Notes under the pieces: model-generated | The model's input: the letters and a program-made list of their open reading frames with translations, nothing else | What the model was told of the DNA's origin: nothing | The model's database searches: none | In this document: positions 18,889-26,900 of the stretch, in pieces | Layout of the letters: every line of letters begins with the position of its first letter | Position numbering within the stretch: the stretch's first letter is position 1 | Assembly: GCA_963823665.1 (NCBI GenBank) | Contig: CAWGMQ010000005.1 | Coordinates: forward strand, 928,001-992,000 | DNA: 64,000 nt | Direction: 5' to 3' | Source: an uncultured Planctomycetota bacterium | Lineage (GTDB): Bacteria > Planctomycetota > Planctomycetia > Isosphaerales > Isosphaeraceae | Program-made: the position numbers and the translations under genes

Positions 18889-20160
18889 ATGGCTGGAGAA
18901 CGTTTGGCTCGGGAATCCGATGCCCAGCGCGAAGACAGATACTGGGAGATCGTCGGCTCCGGGGCGTACTTTCCGGAGGGATGGGAAATGCCGCATTTGA
19001 CTTCGCCGCCAGAGTCCAGCATGCCGGGTGCGGCGGACCGGGCGCGGATGCAGGTTGAGGCGTTGAAGTCCGCCGAGTTTGAGAGCACGCATCCGCCGGA
19101 GCGAACGGCTTGGAGCGAACTTTCGGAATGGTCGAGGTTCGATAATCTGCGCCACTGGGTCGATTGGGACGGCGTCAGCCGCGACGATCGGGCACGGCTC
19201 ATTGGCGGCCAGTTGAATGCTTACGAGCTGGCTGTCGCCCGCATACCCTCGCATGAATACTGCACGGCCATCGACATGCCGGAACTGATGGAGTTCTGGG
19301 AGCGACTCGACCCGGCCAATCAGAAACGCTTCGCGGAGATGCCCTCGCTCGCCGAGCTGAAGGCGTTCACGGAGGCTGTCGCGAACTTACGGACCAACGG
19401 CGCGCCCGATGAATTCGATCGAATCGTCGCTAATCTGCCACACGAGTGGCGCCACGACGGGCACGCCGACAGCGGGAAAACATGGGAGGATTTGAATGCG
19501 GTAGATAAGACCGGCTATCTGGCCGAGCACGGTGCGCGGCATAAGGTTTCGTTTGAGAGATTCGTTGACGCGACAAGTCGCACGCTCGGCCTGGCGTCCT
19601 GGGAGCAGTTCACGGCGGACGATATTGGGCAATTGCTGGAGCAATATCGTGACACGGTGGAGCGGCAGCGCTCCGAGGCAGCGCAACCGGCGGCGCGCAT
19701 GCCGGAGCTGGCGGAAGACAATTACGACCGCCATCTCGACCCCAACACACCAGGGCGCGACGACTGGATGTCCAAGCTCTCCATAGACGACCAATCCCGC
19801 AAGGAATTGGCGGCCGAGCTCGACCGCATCAAGCGTGATACCTATGTCGATGCAGAAGAGCAGGCTACCGGATCGATGTATACACGCGGTGAAGGAGGTT
19901 ATCCGTTCCATGAATTGCCAGTCGTCGAATGCGAATCGTTGATCGAAGATTATGTCGATTGGGGCAAATACATGGAACGCGGGCTAACCTTCGCGGACCA
20001 GGGCCGCGTCATGCATGAGGCGGCGAGAGACCCTCTCCCTCGTGAAACTCCGACAAGTCCCGAGGGGATCAACCCATCCGCCGACTACCAGAAGGCGCTC
20101 GGTGCTGCCGCTGATCGCGGCTCGAACAAGGGAAAGGAAGGGCTTGAACGTGACCGTTAA
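18889..20160 (+). CDS. Acidic hypothetical protein (about 423 aa) with internal repeats and shared C-terminal tag
   Basis: GGGGAG RBS; ends DYQKALGAAADRGSNKGKEGLERDR. Confidence 0.75.
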   Translation: MAGERLARESDAQREDRYWEIVGSGAYFPEGWEMPHLTSPPESSMPGAADRARMQVEALKSAEFESTHPPERTAWSELSEWSRFDNLRHWVDWDGVSRDDRARLIGGQLNAYELAVARIPSHEYCTAIDMPELMEFWERLDPANQKRFAEMPSLAELKAFTEAVANLRTNGAPDEFDRIVANLPHEWRHDGHADSGKTWEDLNAVDKTGYLAEHGARHKVSFERFVDATSRTLGLASWEQFTADDIGQLLEQYRDTVERQRSEAAQPAARMPELAEDNYDRHLDPNTPGRDDWMSKLSIDDQSRKELAAELDRIKRDTYVDAEEQATGSMYTRGEGGYPFHELPVVECESLIEDYVDWGKYMERGLTFADQGRVMHEAARDPLPRETPTSPEGINPSADYQKALGAAADRGSNKGKEGLERDR

Positions 20161-20338
20161 AGAGTTCGCTGAACGGGCTGAAATCAGCTTGTCGCTGGCC
20201 TATGCCCTGGTGGAGGAAGGACGCGTGCCCCATCGGCGTATCGGCCGCCGCGGCCGCCGCGGGAAAATCTCGATCCGCGTCGAAGATCTGGAGCTGTTCT
20301 TGGAAAGCGTCAAGGTGGAGGCGGAGGCCGGGACTTGA
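20150..20338 (+). CDS. xis: Excisionase-like HTH DNA-binding protein
   Basis: MTVKEFAERAEISLSLAYALVEEGRVPHRRIG...IRVEDLELFL fits the HTH_17 pattern; convergent with the integrase. Confidence 0.8.
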   Translation: MTVKEFAERAEISLSLAYALVEEGRVPHRRIGRRGRRGKISIRVEDLELFLESVKVEAEAGT

Positions 20339-20385
20339 CCCGGCCTTCTTTGTTGTTGTGCCGGAGAAAGGACGGCCCCGGCTCC

Positions 20386-21432
20386 TCAGCCGCCCTTCGC
20401 GACGCGCCTGCCCTTCTCCTTCCTGGAAATCTTGTCCACCGTCCGGCGCATGGCTTCCGGCGATTCATGCAGGTAATTCCTGAGCATCGTGTTCAGATTG
20501 CTGTGGCCGACCTGGCGGGCAACGAGGGCAACGTTGGCGTCCGTGTCATTGACCGCGCTCGAGATGTAGCCATGCCGTATCGAATAGGTCACGGCGTTGT
20601 CCGGCAAGCCCAGCTCGATCCTGATTCTTCGCACCGCCTGCCCGATGATGTCCGGCCGCCACGGGCGGCCTTTGGCGTTCAGGAACACATGCCCCTCCGT
20701 GCGTCCGCCGATGGCTGACCGGATCAATTTAGCCAGGGGTTTCGACATGTACACGTTCCGCTCTTTGTTGCCGGTCGTCTTCGCCGTCTTGTTGGGAACG
20801 GTCATCACGCGCTCTTTGAGAATCACCTTGTCGATGGTGACGGCGCACAGCTCGCCGGGGCGGCATCCCGATTCCCGCAGCGCCGCCAGGATGCGTTTCA
20901 GTTCGGGATGGGCGGCATCCTCCAGCTTTCTCTGCTGGGCGTCGGTCGGAATCGTCTCGCGCCGCGAGTATTTCGGTTTCTTGCCGCGCGCAAACTTGAC
21001 GTGGTGATCCGCGATGTGGCCTTCGGTGACGGCGTGGCTGAGGGCGGAGGTGATGCGGTTGATGGCCGTCGCCTTCGTGGAATCCGACCACGATGCTTTG
21101 GTCTTCAGGTATTCGTTGACGTGATGGACGCGGAGGTCGGACACCTTCCGGTTTCCGACGAAAGCCTTGAACCAGTCGAGATGCTCGCGGGCGGTCTGCT
21201 TTGTCTTTGGGTTGGTCAGGTACTCGATGTATTTGCCGGCCACCTCGGCAAACAGCATGTTCTCCGGCTTCGGATTGGTCTGCCGCTCGAGGGTGTGCCA
21301 GGCATCGACGATCTTTTTGGGCGGGTGTTTGCGCTTCGCGCCGTGCGGGTCCTTGCCAAGGGTCTTGAGCCTGCCCCCAGGCTGTTTAACCACCCAGGTG
21401 CCGGACTGCTCTCGCCAGTATGGCCGCCGCAT
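20386..21432 (-). CDS. int: Tyrosine recombinase/integrase
   Basis: Catalytic motifs SGCRPGEL, K in PNKT, YSIRHGY and VGHSN...NY. Confidence 0.92.
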   Translation of the reverse strand: MRRPYWREQSGTWVVKQPGGRLKTLGKDPHGAKRKHPPKKIVDAWHTLERQTNPKPENMLFAEVAGKYIEYLTNPKTKQTAREHLDWFKAFVGNRKVSDLRVHHVNEYLKTKASWSDSTKATAINRITSALSHAVTEGHIADHHVKFARGKKPKYSRRETIPTDAQQRKLEDAAHPELKRILAALRESGCRPGELCAVTIDKVILKERVMTVPNKTAKTTGNKERNVYMSKPLAKLIRSAIGGRTEGHVFLNAKGRPWRPDIIGQAVRRIRIELGLPDNAVTYSIRHGYISSAVNDTDANVALVARQVGHSNLNTMLRNYLHESPEAMRRTVDKISRKEKGRRVAKGG

Positions 21433-21472
21433 GGGTCGACTCCGAAAATGGATACTTTTTGGGTACTAGGCC

Positions 21473-21521
21473 AAAAGAAAAACCCCACAAGAGCCTATTT
21501 TACTAGGCATTCTGTGGGGTT
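21473..21521 (-). terminator. Hairpin plus U-tract between the truncated tRNA-Asp and the integrase
   Basis: Minus strand AACCCCACA...TGTGGGGTT followed by TTTTCTTTT. Confidence 0.6.
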
Positions 21522-21527
21522 GCAATG

Positions 21528-21572
21528 CCACCTTGACAGGGTGGCGAGCACTCCGGGCTGCTCCGCAAAGGC
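21528..21572 (-). pseudogene. trnD: 5' half of tRNA-Asp(GTC), truncated after the anticodon stem; att junction
   Basis: GCCTTTG CG GAGC AGCCCGGAGT GCTC G CCACC CTGTCAA GGTGG, then unrelated sequence with no T-arm. Confidence 0.85.
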
Positions 21573-21578
21573 GTTCAC

Positions 21579-21609
21579 ATTTTAGATTTTGGATTTTAGA
21601 TTTTGAATT
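21579..21609. repeat. Heptamer tandem repeat (ATTTT[A/G]G), about 4 copies
   Basis: attttagattttggattttagattttgaatt. Confidence 0.6.
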
Positions 21610-21643
21610 GCGGGGTAATCCGTTCGTGCGCTTCGCAATGTAA

Positions 21644-21717
21644 TGGCTCAGGAGGGATTCGAACCCTCAGCATCTCTCGTTCTGAGCGAGAGTGGTCTGC
21701 CGGTTGCCTACCGAGCC
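21644..21717 (-). tRNA. trnL: tRNA-Leu(CAG), short variable loop
   Basis: Anticodon arm TCTCG CTCAGAA CGAGA; T-loop GGTTCGAATCC. Confidence 0.88.
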
Positions 21718-21726
21718 AAGTGTCAG

Positions 21727-21801
21727 TTCCGGGGGCTGGAATCGAACCAGCGGCCTCCACGTTCAGAGCGTGGTGTTGCTACCAACAGCAACCGCCCCGG
21801 A
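21727..21801 (-). tRNA. trnQ: tRNA-Gln(CTG)
   Basis: CCACG CTCTGAA CGTGG; GGTTCGATTCC. Confidence 0.88.
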
Positions 21802-21824
21802 GTCGTGTCATTGCGTCGATCTAA

Positions 21825-21896
21825 TTCGGGAAGAAGGATTCGAACCTCCACCACCTGATTCAAAGTCAGGCAGCCTGCCAGTTAGCCGATTCCCGA
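21825..21896 (-). tRNA. trnQ: tRNA-Gln(TTG)
   Basis: CCTGA CTTTGAA TCAGG; GGTTCGAATCC. Confidence 0.9.
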
Positions 21897-21909
21897 GTGA
21901 AGAGTACAG

Positions 21910-21980
21910 AGCGCCTCGCGGGAGTCGAACCCGCCTGTCAGACTTGGGAAGCCCGTGCCTGGCCGCTCGGCCAGAGAAGC
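21910..21980 (-). tRNA. trnG: tRNA-Gly(CCC), one acceptor-stem mismatch
   Basis: CGGGC TTCCCAA GTCTG; acceptor GCTTCTC/GAGGCGC. Confidence 0.75.
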
Positions 21981-21984
21981 TTCT

Positions 21985-22017
21985 ATTGATTGATCGATTC
22001 TGGATCGATCAATCAAT
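21985..22017. repeat. Perfect 14-bp inverted repeat between two tRNA-Gly genes
   Basis: ATTGATTGATCGAT-TCTGG-ATCGATCAATCAAT. Confidence 0.8.
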
Positions 22018-22023
22018 TTCCTA

Positions 22024-22094
22024 AGCGGGATCGGGGAATCGAACCCCGGTCGCCTGGTTGGAAGCCAGGAGTCGTGCCGCTAGACCAATCCCGC
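22024..22094 (-). tRNA. trnG: tRNA-Gly(TCC)
   Basis: CCTGG CTTCCAA CCAGG; GGTTCGATTCC. Confidence 0.9.
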
Positions 22095-22115
22095 AGCGCT
22101 CTTGATCGCCTAGAG

Positions 22116-22199
22116 CGGAAGGAGAGGGAGTCGAACCCTCAAGGCTCATCGCTCGCCTGATTTCGAATCAGGTGCCGTCACCCATCGGCTTGCCCTTCC
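22116..22199 (-). tRNA. trnS: tRNA-Ser(CGA)
   Basis: CCTGA TTCGAAA TCAGG with a long variable arm. Confidence 0.9.
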
Positions 22200-22270
22200 T
22201 TCTTGCAGACCGAGTCATGCATTGCCGCTCGCGAACATTTCGTCGAACCTGACAGCACTGCGTTCTGAAG

Positions 22271-22342
22271 CACCGGCGGAAGGAGTCGAACCTCCAATCG
22301 TCGCCTTAACAGGGCGCCGCCTTACCGTTAGGCCACACCGGT
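22271..22342 (-). tRNA. trnN: tRNA-Asn(GTT)
   Basis: CGCC CTGTTAA GGCG; GGTTCGACTCC. Confidence 0.85.
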
Positions 22343-22347
22343 ATCAC

Positions 22348-22422
22348 TCGGGATGGCCGGATTTGAACCGGCGATCTCCTGCTCCCGAAGCAGGCGGATT
22401 ACCCAGGCTATCCTACATCCCG
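22348..22422 (-). tRNA. trnP: tRNA-Pro(CGG)
   Basis: CCTGC TTCGGGA GCAGG; GGTTCAAATCC. Confidence 0.9.
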
Positions 22423-22428
22423 CTCTCA

Positions 22429-22499
22429 AGTGCCCAGCGGGAGTCGAACCCGCGCTTCCGCCATGGCAAGGCAGTAGGCTACCACTACAACATGGGCAC
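22429..22499 (-). tRNA. trnG: tRNA-Gly(GCC)
   Basis: CTGCC TTGCCAT GGCGG; acceptor GTGCCCA/TGGGCAC. Confidence 0.82.
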
Positions 22500-22540
22500 A
22501 GTTGACCGAAGCCGAATTGTCAAGGAATCGAAACCGAGAG

Positions 22541-22612
22541 AGCACCGGGTGGGACTCGAACCCACGTCGCCGCATTACGGGTGCGGTGTCCTCGCCGCTG
22601 GACCACCAGTGC
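22541..22612 (-). tRNA. trnT: tRNA-Thr(CGT), C at position 33
   Basis: CCGCA CCCGTAA TGCGG; GGTTCGAGTCC. Confidence 0.82.
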
Positions 22613-22644
22613 ATCGATCAGATCAGACGGACTGAGTGACTGAA

Positions 22645-22717
22645 TGGGACCAGAGGGGCTCGAACCCTCACCCACCTGGTTAAGAGCCAGGCGCTCTGCC
22701 ACTAGAGCTTTGGTCCC
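22645..22717 (-). tRNA. trnK: tRNA-Lys(CTT)
   Basis: CCTGG CTCTTAA CCAGG. Confidence 0.9.
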
Positions 22718-22780
22718 GAGATTCGCAATGCTTGAATTGAATTGAGGTCGCACTTCGTCGCGGCGCGCCGCCGCCCCACC

Positions 22781-22817
22781 AAACAAAAAGGCCCGGTGCT
22801 TCGTGACACCGGGCCTT
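22781..22817 (-). terminator. Intrinsic terminator directly upstream of 12 tRNA genes (attenuator)
   Basis: AAGGCCCGGTG-TCACGAAG-CACCGGGCCTT followed by TTTGTTT. Confidence 0.8.
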
Positions 22818-22960
22818 GATCACAGCTTCGGGAAGTCGTGATGGGCCAAGTGTCAACAACGCAGCGTGTAATTCGGCTGGGGACTCGCCGAGCGACCGGC
22901 ATCATCCTTCGCCTCACTCGTTTGGGATAGCAAATTCAGTTCTGACAACATGCCGTTCAT
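22804..22960 (-). promoter_or_regulatory. Putative leader peptide (35 aa, 22853-22960) plus antiterminator hairpin (22804-22855)
   Basis: MNGMLSELNLLSQTSEAKDDAGRSASPQPNYTLRC-TGA; TGACACTTGGCC, which begins at the stop codon, pairs 11 of 12 with GGCCCGGTGTCA of the terminator 5' arm and loop. Confidence 0.6.
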
Positions 22961-23198
22961 TGAAGTCTCGTTGCCGCGATCGGCCTCAGGGTCTAATTGC
23001 CTTCTACCTCATGGACGCAGCAGCTCACCCGGATGTTCGCGCCGATTTTTGGTTTTTTCCTTCGTACCGATGAATTCGTCGGCGAGAGGCCTACGCGCGG
23101 GAAGAGGATCACTCCGCCGACGTCAAAAAGTTCCTCGATTCCTTCAAGATCACCGAGGGCGCCGCATCGAAGTAAGTTGGAGCCGAGCGGCGATCGAA

Positions 23199-23269
23199 TC
23201 GGCCCGGAAGGAGTTGAACCTACGTCTCCCGGTTATCAGCCGAGTGTTCTGCCGTTGAACTACGGGCCG
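23199..23269 (-). tRNA. trnI: tRNA-Ile(GAT)
   Basis: CTCGG CTGATAA CCGGG; GGTTCAACTCC. Confidence 0.85.
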
Positions 23270-23306
23270 AGAAACAATTCCCGCTCTGTCGCGGCCGTGC
23301 CGCAAC

Positions 23307-23378
23307 TGGGGCCGGAGGGATTTGAACCCCCACCTCCCGGCTTAAAAGGCCGATATGCTGCCTTTACACCACGACCCC
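23307..23378 (-). tRNA. trnK: tRNA-Lys(TTT)
   Basis: TCGGC CTTTTAA GCCGG; GGTTCAAATCC. Confidence 0.88.
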
Positions 23379-23539
23379 GAAACCCTGGATCGAGGTCGCG
23401 CGTTTCAGCCGATCCGACGTCATGATCACCTCCAATATTCTCAAGGCCTTCGGTCCGTTCGTCATCGCGTCCGTAATTGAAAGAGGCCGGAGCCGCGAGA
23501 GATGTTCGCGCCGGAATCACGAGATTTCTTGGAAGATGA

Positions 23540-23690
23540 GCCAGCTCAGGCATGTGCACGTCCAGAAGCAGCAGGTCGATATGCCCTTCTTCCGCCAGGG
23601 TGAGCGCCTCGCGCCGGTTGGTCGCCAACTGAACCGTGTGACCCGGCCGGGTGAGAACCCGCTCCAGGAATCGCGCGGCATCCGATCTGC
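23540..23690 (-). pseudogene. Response-regulator receiver domain fragment
   Basis: FLERVLTRPGHTVQLATNRREALTLAEEGHIDLLLLDVHMPEL, truncated on both sides. Confidence 0.65.
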
Positions 23691-23965
23691 ATGAAGGTCC
23701 AGGCAGCAGGTGATTGCTGTGTGCGCGCCGGACTCTCACGGTGAGTCAGGCATAGAAGTGGGAACCATCAGCATGGCAAGCACGACGGATCCTAGCTCAG
23801 AACAGTGGATAGAACGCAAACCGGCCGCTGGTAAGGCAGAGCAAGGGCCGGTGAAAGATGGTTCGGCTGGTGCGCCGGCGGATCAGGCTGCTCATCCGGA
23901 CCATGACGCCGTCGCGACGCCCGGTTCTCCTCCCGGCGCATCGCCGCCACATCCCTGGCGGAAGC

Positions 23966-26900
23966 TCATAGCGCCAGTCTCTTCTGATTGTTGACGGTGA
24001 CGACTTTCGAGGAGCTCAGGTTCGTCAGGATCTGGCTCAGGTTAGCCAGATCCAAGGGCGTTGTCTTATCGAACAAGTCGGTGGGGCTCAGGGGAGACAC
24101 GCCCTGGCTGAAGATGGCATCGATCTCGGCGGCGTCGAGCGCATCGTTCGCCTTGTAATACAGCGCCATGTTCGTCGTGCCGATCTGGCCGACGTCGATC
24201 GACTCTACCGCGGCCACGATACCATCGATGTTACCGACAAAGAGCGCGGTGCCGTTGGCCTTGCTGCCGATGGAGCCACCCGAGAGGAGGGTGCTCTGGC
24301 TGTCGATCGATCCGTCGATCGTCAGGTTGCCGTTGATCGAACCCAAGGCGGCGATGCGCCCGCTCGCGAGAGATCCCTTGATGGTGATGTTGCCGTTCAT
24401 GTTGCCCGCCGACAGGATCTGACCGCCCGAGAGCGGCCCACCGATCACCAGGGCGCCATTGATCGAGCCATTTGAGGCGATGACGCCGTTCTGTACGGGG
24501 CCGTTGATCGTGACATTCCCGTTGATGTTGACGATGGTCACGACCCGCCCACTCATCGTGCCGTTAACGGTGATGTTGCCGATAACCGAGCCGTAGGTGG
24601 TAATGGTTCCCGTCATTCCGCCGTTGGCGACGACCTGGCTGATCAGGTTGCCGCCGCAGATGATCTGGCCGGCGAGAACCGGTGCCGTTGGCCTCTATGA
24701 GGGTCGTCGTCTCGATGGGAACCCGCGACGAAGGCGACGTGGTGACGTAGACCCGGCCCAGGTCGGCGGGCACCTCCGACACGGCGCCGGTGATCGGGTC
24801 GGTCCGGAGGCCGGTCGTCCGGATGATCGTGGTGGCCGGGATCGGACCGCTGGGAAGGAGCGAGCCGAATATGCTCGGGGCCGTCACGTCGGGCAATGGT
24901 CCCTGAATGATCACGTCTCCCAGGGGGCCCGTGCTGGAAATGGACGGCGTGAAGGGCGCCTTGGTCTGTGTGTTGGCGGCCGAGCTGCCAATGGTCTGAA
25001 GGGTCTGGATCGAGCCGCCGTCACCGCGCAGGCTGATGGTCTCGATGACCGAATGATCGAGACTGCCTTTCGGACCGAAAGTCTCGGCGACCGTGATGAG
25101 CGCAATCACGGAGCCGCGGGCTGCGTTGCTCGGCGTGACGATGTTGGCCGTGCCGGAGCTGTCAGGCGTGCTCACTCCCTGAACTGTGAACGCGACGTTC
25201 TGGTTGTCGAAAGCGCCGCTTCCCGGAGTATCGTCCATGAAGAAGCCGACCTGGGAGGTGTCCGAGAACGGAACGCGGAAGGTCTCCGTCGTCGAACCAT
25301 TGACTGAGCCGGCCTGGACGATCAAGGTGCCCGGCGCCAGAAGTGCGGATGCATAGGATGCAGTGGCCTGGGCCCCGGTCATCATGGGGCCACTACCGAA
25401 GGGCCTCATCAAGCCGAAAGCCACCGCCTGGATGCTCCTCGCGGCGATGCTGTGAAGCGGCACATAACCCCGCACGCTCACGCCGGCCAGGTTGTCGTGC
25501 GGCAAGTAAACGCCCGCCGGGGACGAGTCTGCGCCGAAGAACGACGAGGCCGCCGGGGTGATCGTGCTCAAGATGTCGCCTTCCACGGCCACATTGCGGA
25601 TCCCCGAGACGCCCGAGTTGCCGGTGGCGTCGAGCCGCGCGAGGTTGAATTTGGCCGAGTCGTTGTAGGTAACCAAGCTCAGATCGAACTGATCCGGTGC
25701 GGTGCTCCCAGTCTGATTACTGACGCGGATTGTCAATTGAGGGTAGGCCTGGCTCACGGATGTGCTGCTTGTCCCTTCAATCAACGGGCTGATCTGGCCC
25801 TCATAGAAATACTGGAAGGTGACCCCCGCCGGTGACGGCGAAGGGGCCGGCTGCGGCATCGCGGCAGGGGTCGGGAACGGCGCGGAGGGAACCGTCGCAT
25901 CGATCAGACGCTGGACGCCGTATTCCTCGATCTGGCCAACCACCGGCCCGTAGCCAGCGTATACGCCGATCGTCCCGATCTGGCTTGCCGCCACTTTCCC
26001 TGGCGTCCCGCCATCGACTGTCATCGTTTTGAGCATCCCCAAGACATCGACCTCGCCGCCCATGTCGTTCCGGATCATCAGACTGTTGAGGTTGCCGGCG
26101 GTCATGACGCCCGTGTAAGAGATCGAACCCCCGACAGCGGCAGTTCCCAGCGTGCCGGGGACGGTCAGCGTACCGGCGAGGTCCTGACCGATCGTCAGGA
26201 TGTTGAGATTCGCGACCGCGGAAATCACTTTCGGAATAGGTGAAGTCGAAACTGCGACGATCCCGGTCCGGGTCAGTGACCCGCCGATGAAGAGACTGTT
26301 GCAAGTGAACTCCGTCTGGATCAGCCCCGAGACATTGCCGGAGACGCTCGCGGTTGAGAGCGAGCCGCCCACGATCACCTGGCCCGAGATGTCGTTCTTG
26401 CCGCTCGTGGTGGCCGTGTTGGCCGGCCCGACGTCCAGGGTGGTGATATCGCCCGAGACCTGGACCCGCCCGGCGATCGAGCCGCCGACGGTCATCGTGC
26501 CGATGTTGCCGAGCAGCCCCGTGGGTACGGGCGGGACCTGCTGGTCAGCCGCGTTCGACACTTCGAGCACGCCCGAGGCGGTCAGTGAGCCGCCGATCGT
26601 GATCGACTTGATTGAACCGGGGTTGCTCAAGAAAAGAGAGCCATTGAGGTTGCCGCCGACCGTGATCGTCGACGTCGCGAACCCAGAAAGGCGGAGACCG
26701 CCGTTGTAGTCCCCTGCCCACGAGGTGTTTATCATGTCGTGGCCGCCGGAGCCGGCGTTGATCGTCGTGTTGGCGGGCAGGTTCGTGCCGGCAGCGACGG
26801 CAATGTTGAACGTGTTGCCCATCGTGCCACCCGAGCCCAGCGAGATATTGAGGGTCGCCAGACCGGAGAAAGTGATTCCCGACGGCCCCATATTCATGCC

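Larger units (their letters stand above)
1850..21532. mobile_element. Integrative (ICE/IME-like) element inserted in tRNA-Asp; left boundary uncertain and probably outside the window
   Basis: Tyrosine integrase and excisionase next to a truncated tRNA; also carries a VirD4-like ATPase, ParB and a DarB-like methylase-helicase. No matching att copy seen elsewhere in the window. Confidence 0.8.

Noticed and set aside
21527..21580. Intact plus-strand tRNA-Val(GAC)
   Set aside because: Only the anticodon arm matches; the D-arm and acceptor strand exist only on the minus strand, as tRNA-Asp.
23090..23175. Plus-strand fragment ending KKFLDSFKITEGAASK
   Set aside because: Looks like a protein C-terminal scrap but is too short to assign.
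21640..23380. Possible CRISPR array, or short ORFs, from the recurring TCGAACC words
   Set aside because: These are reverse-complemented tRNA T-loops; no constant repeat-spacer period and no cas genes.
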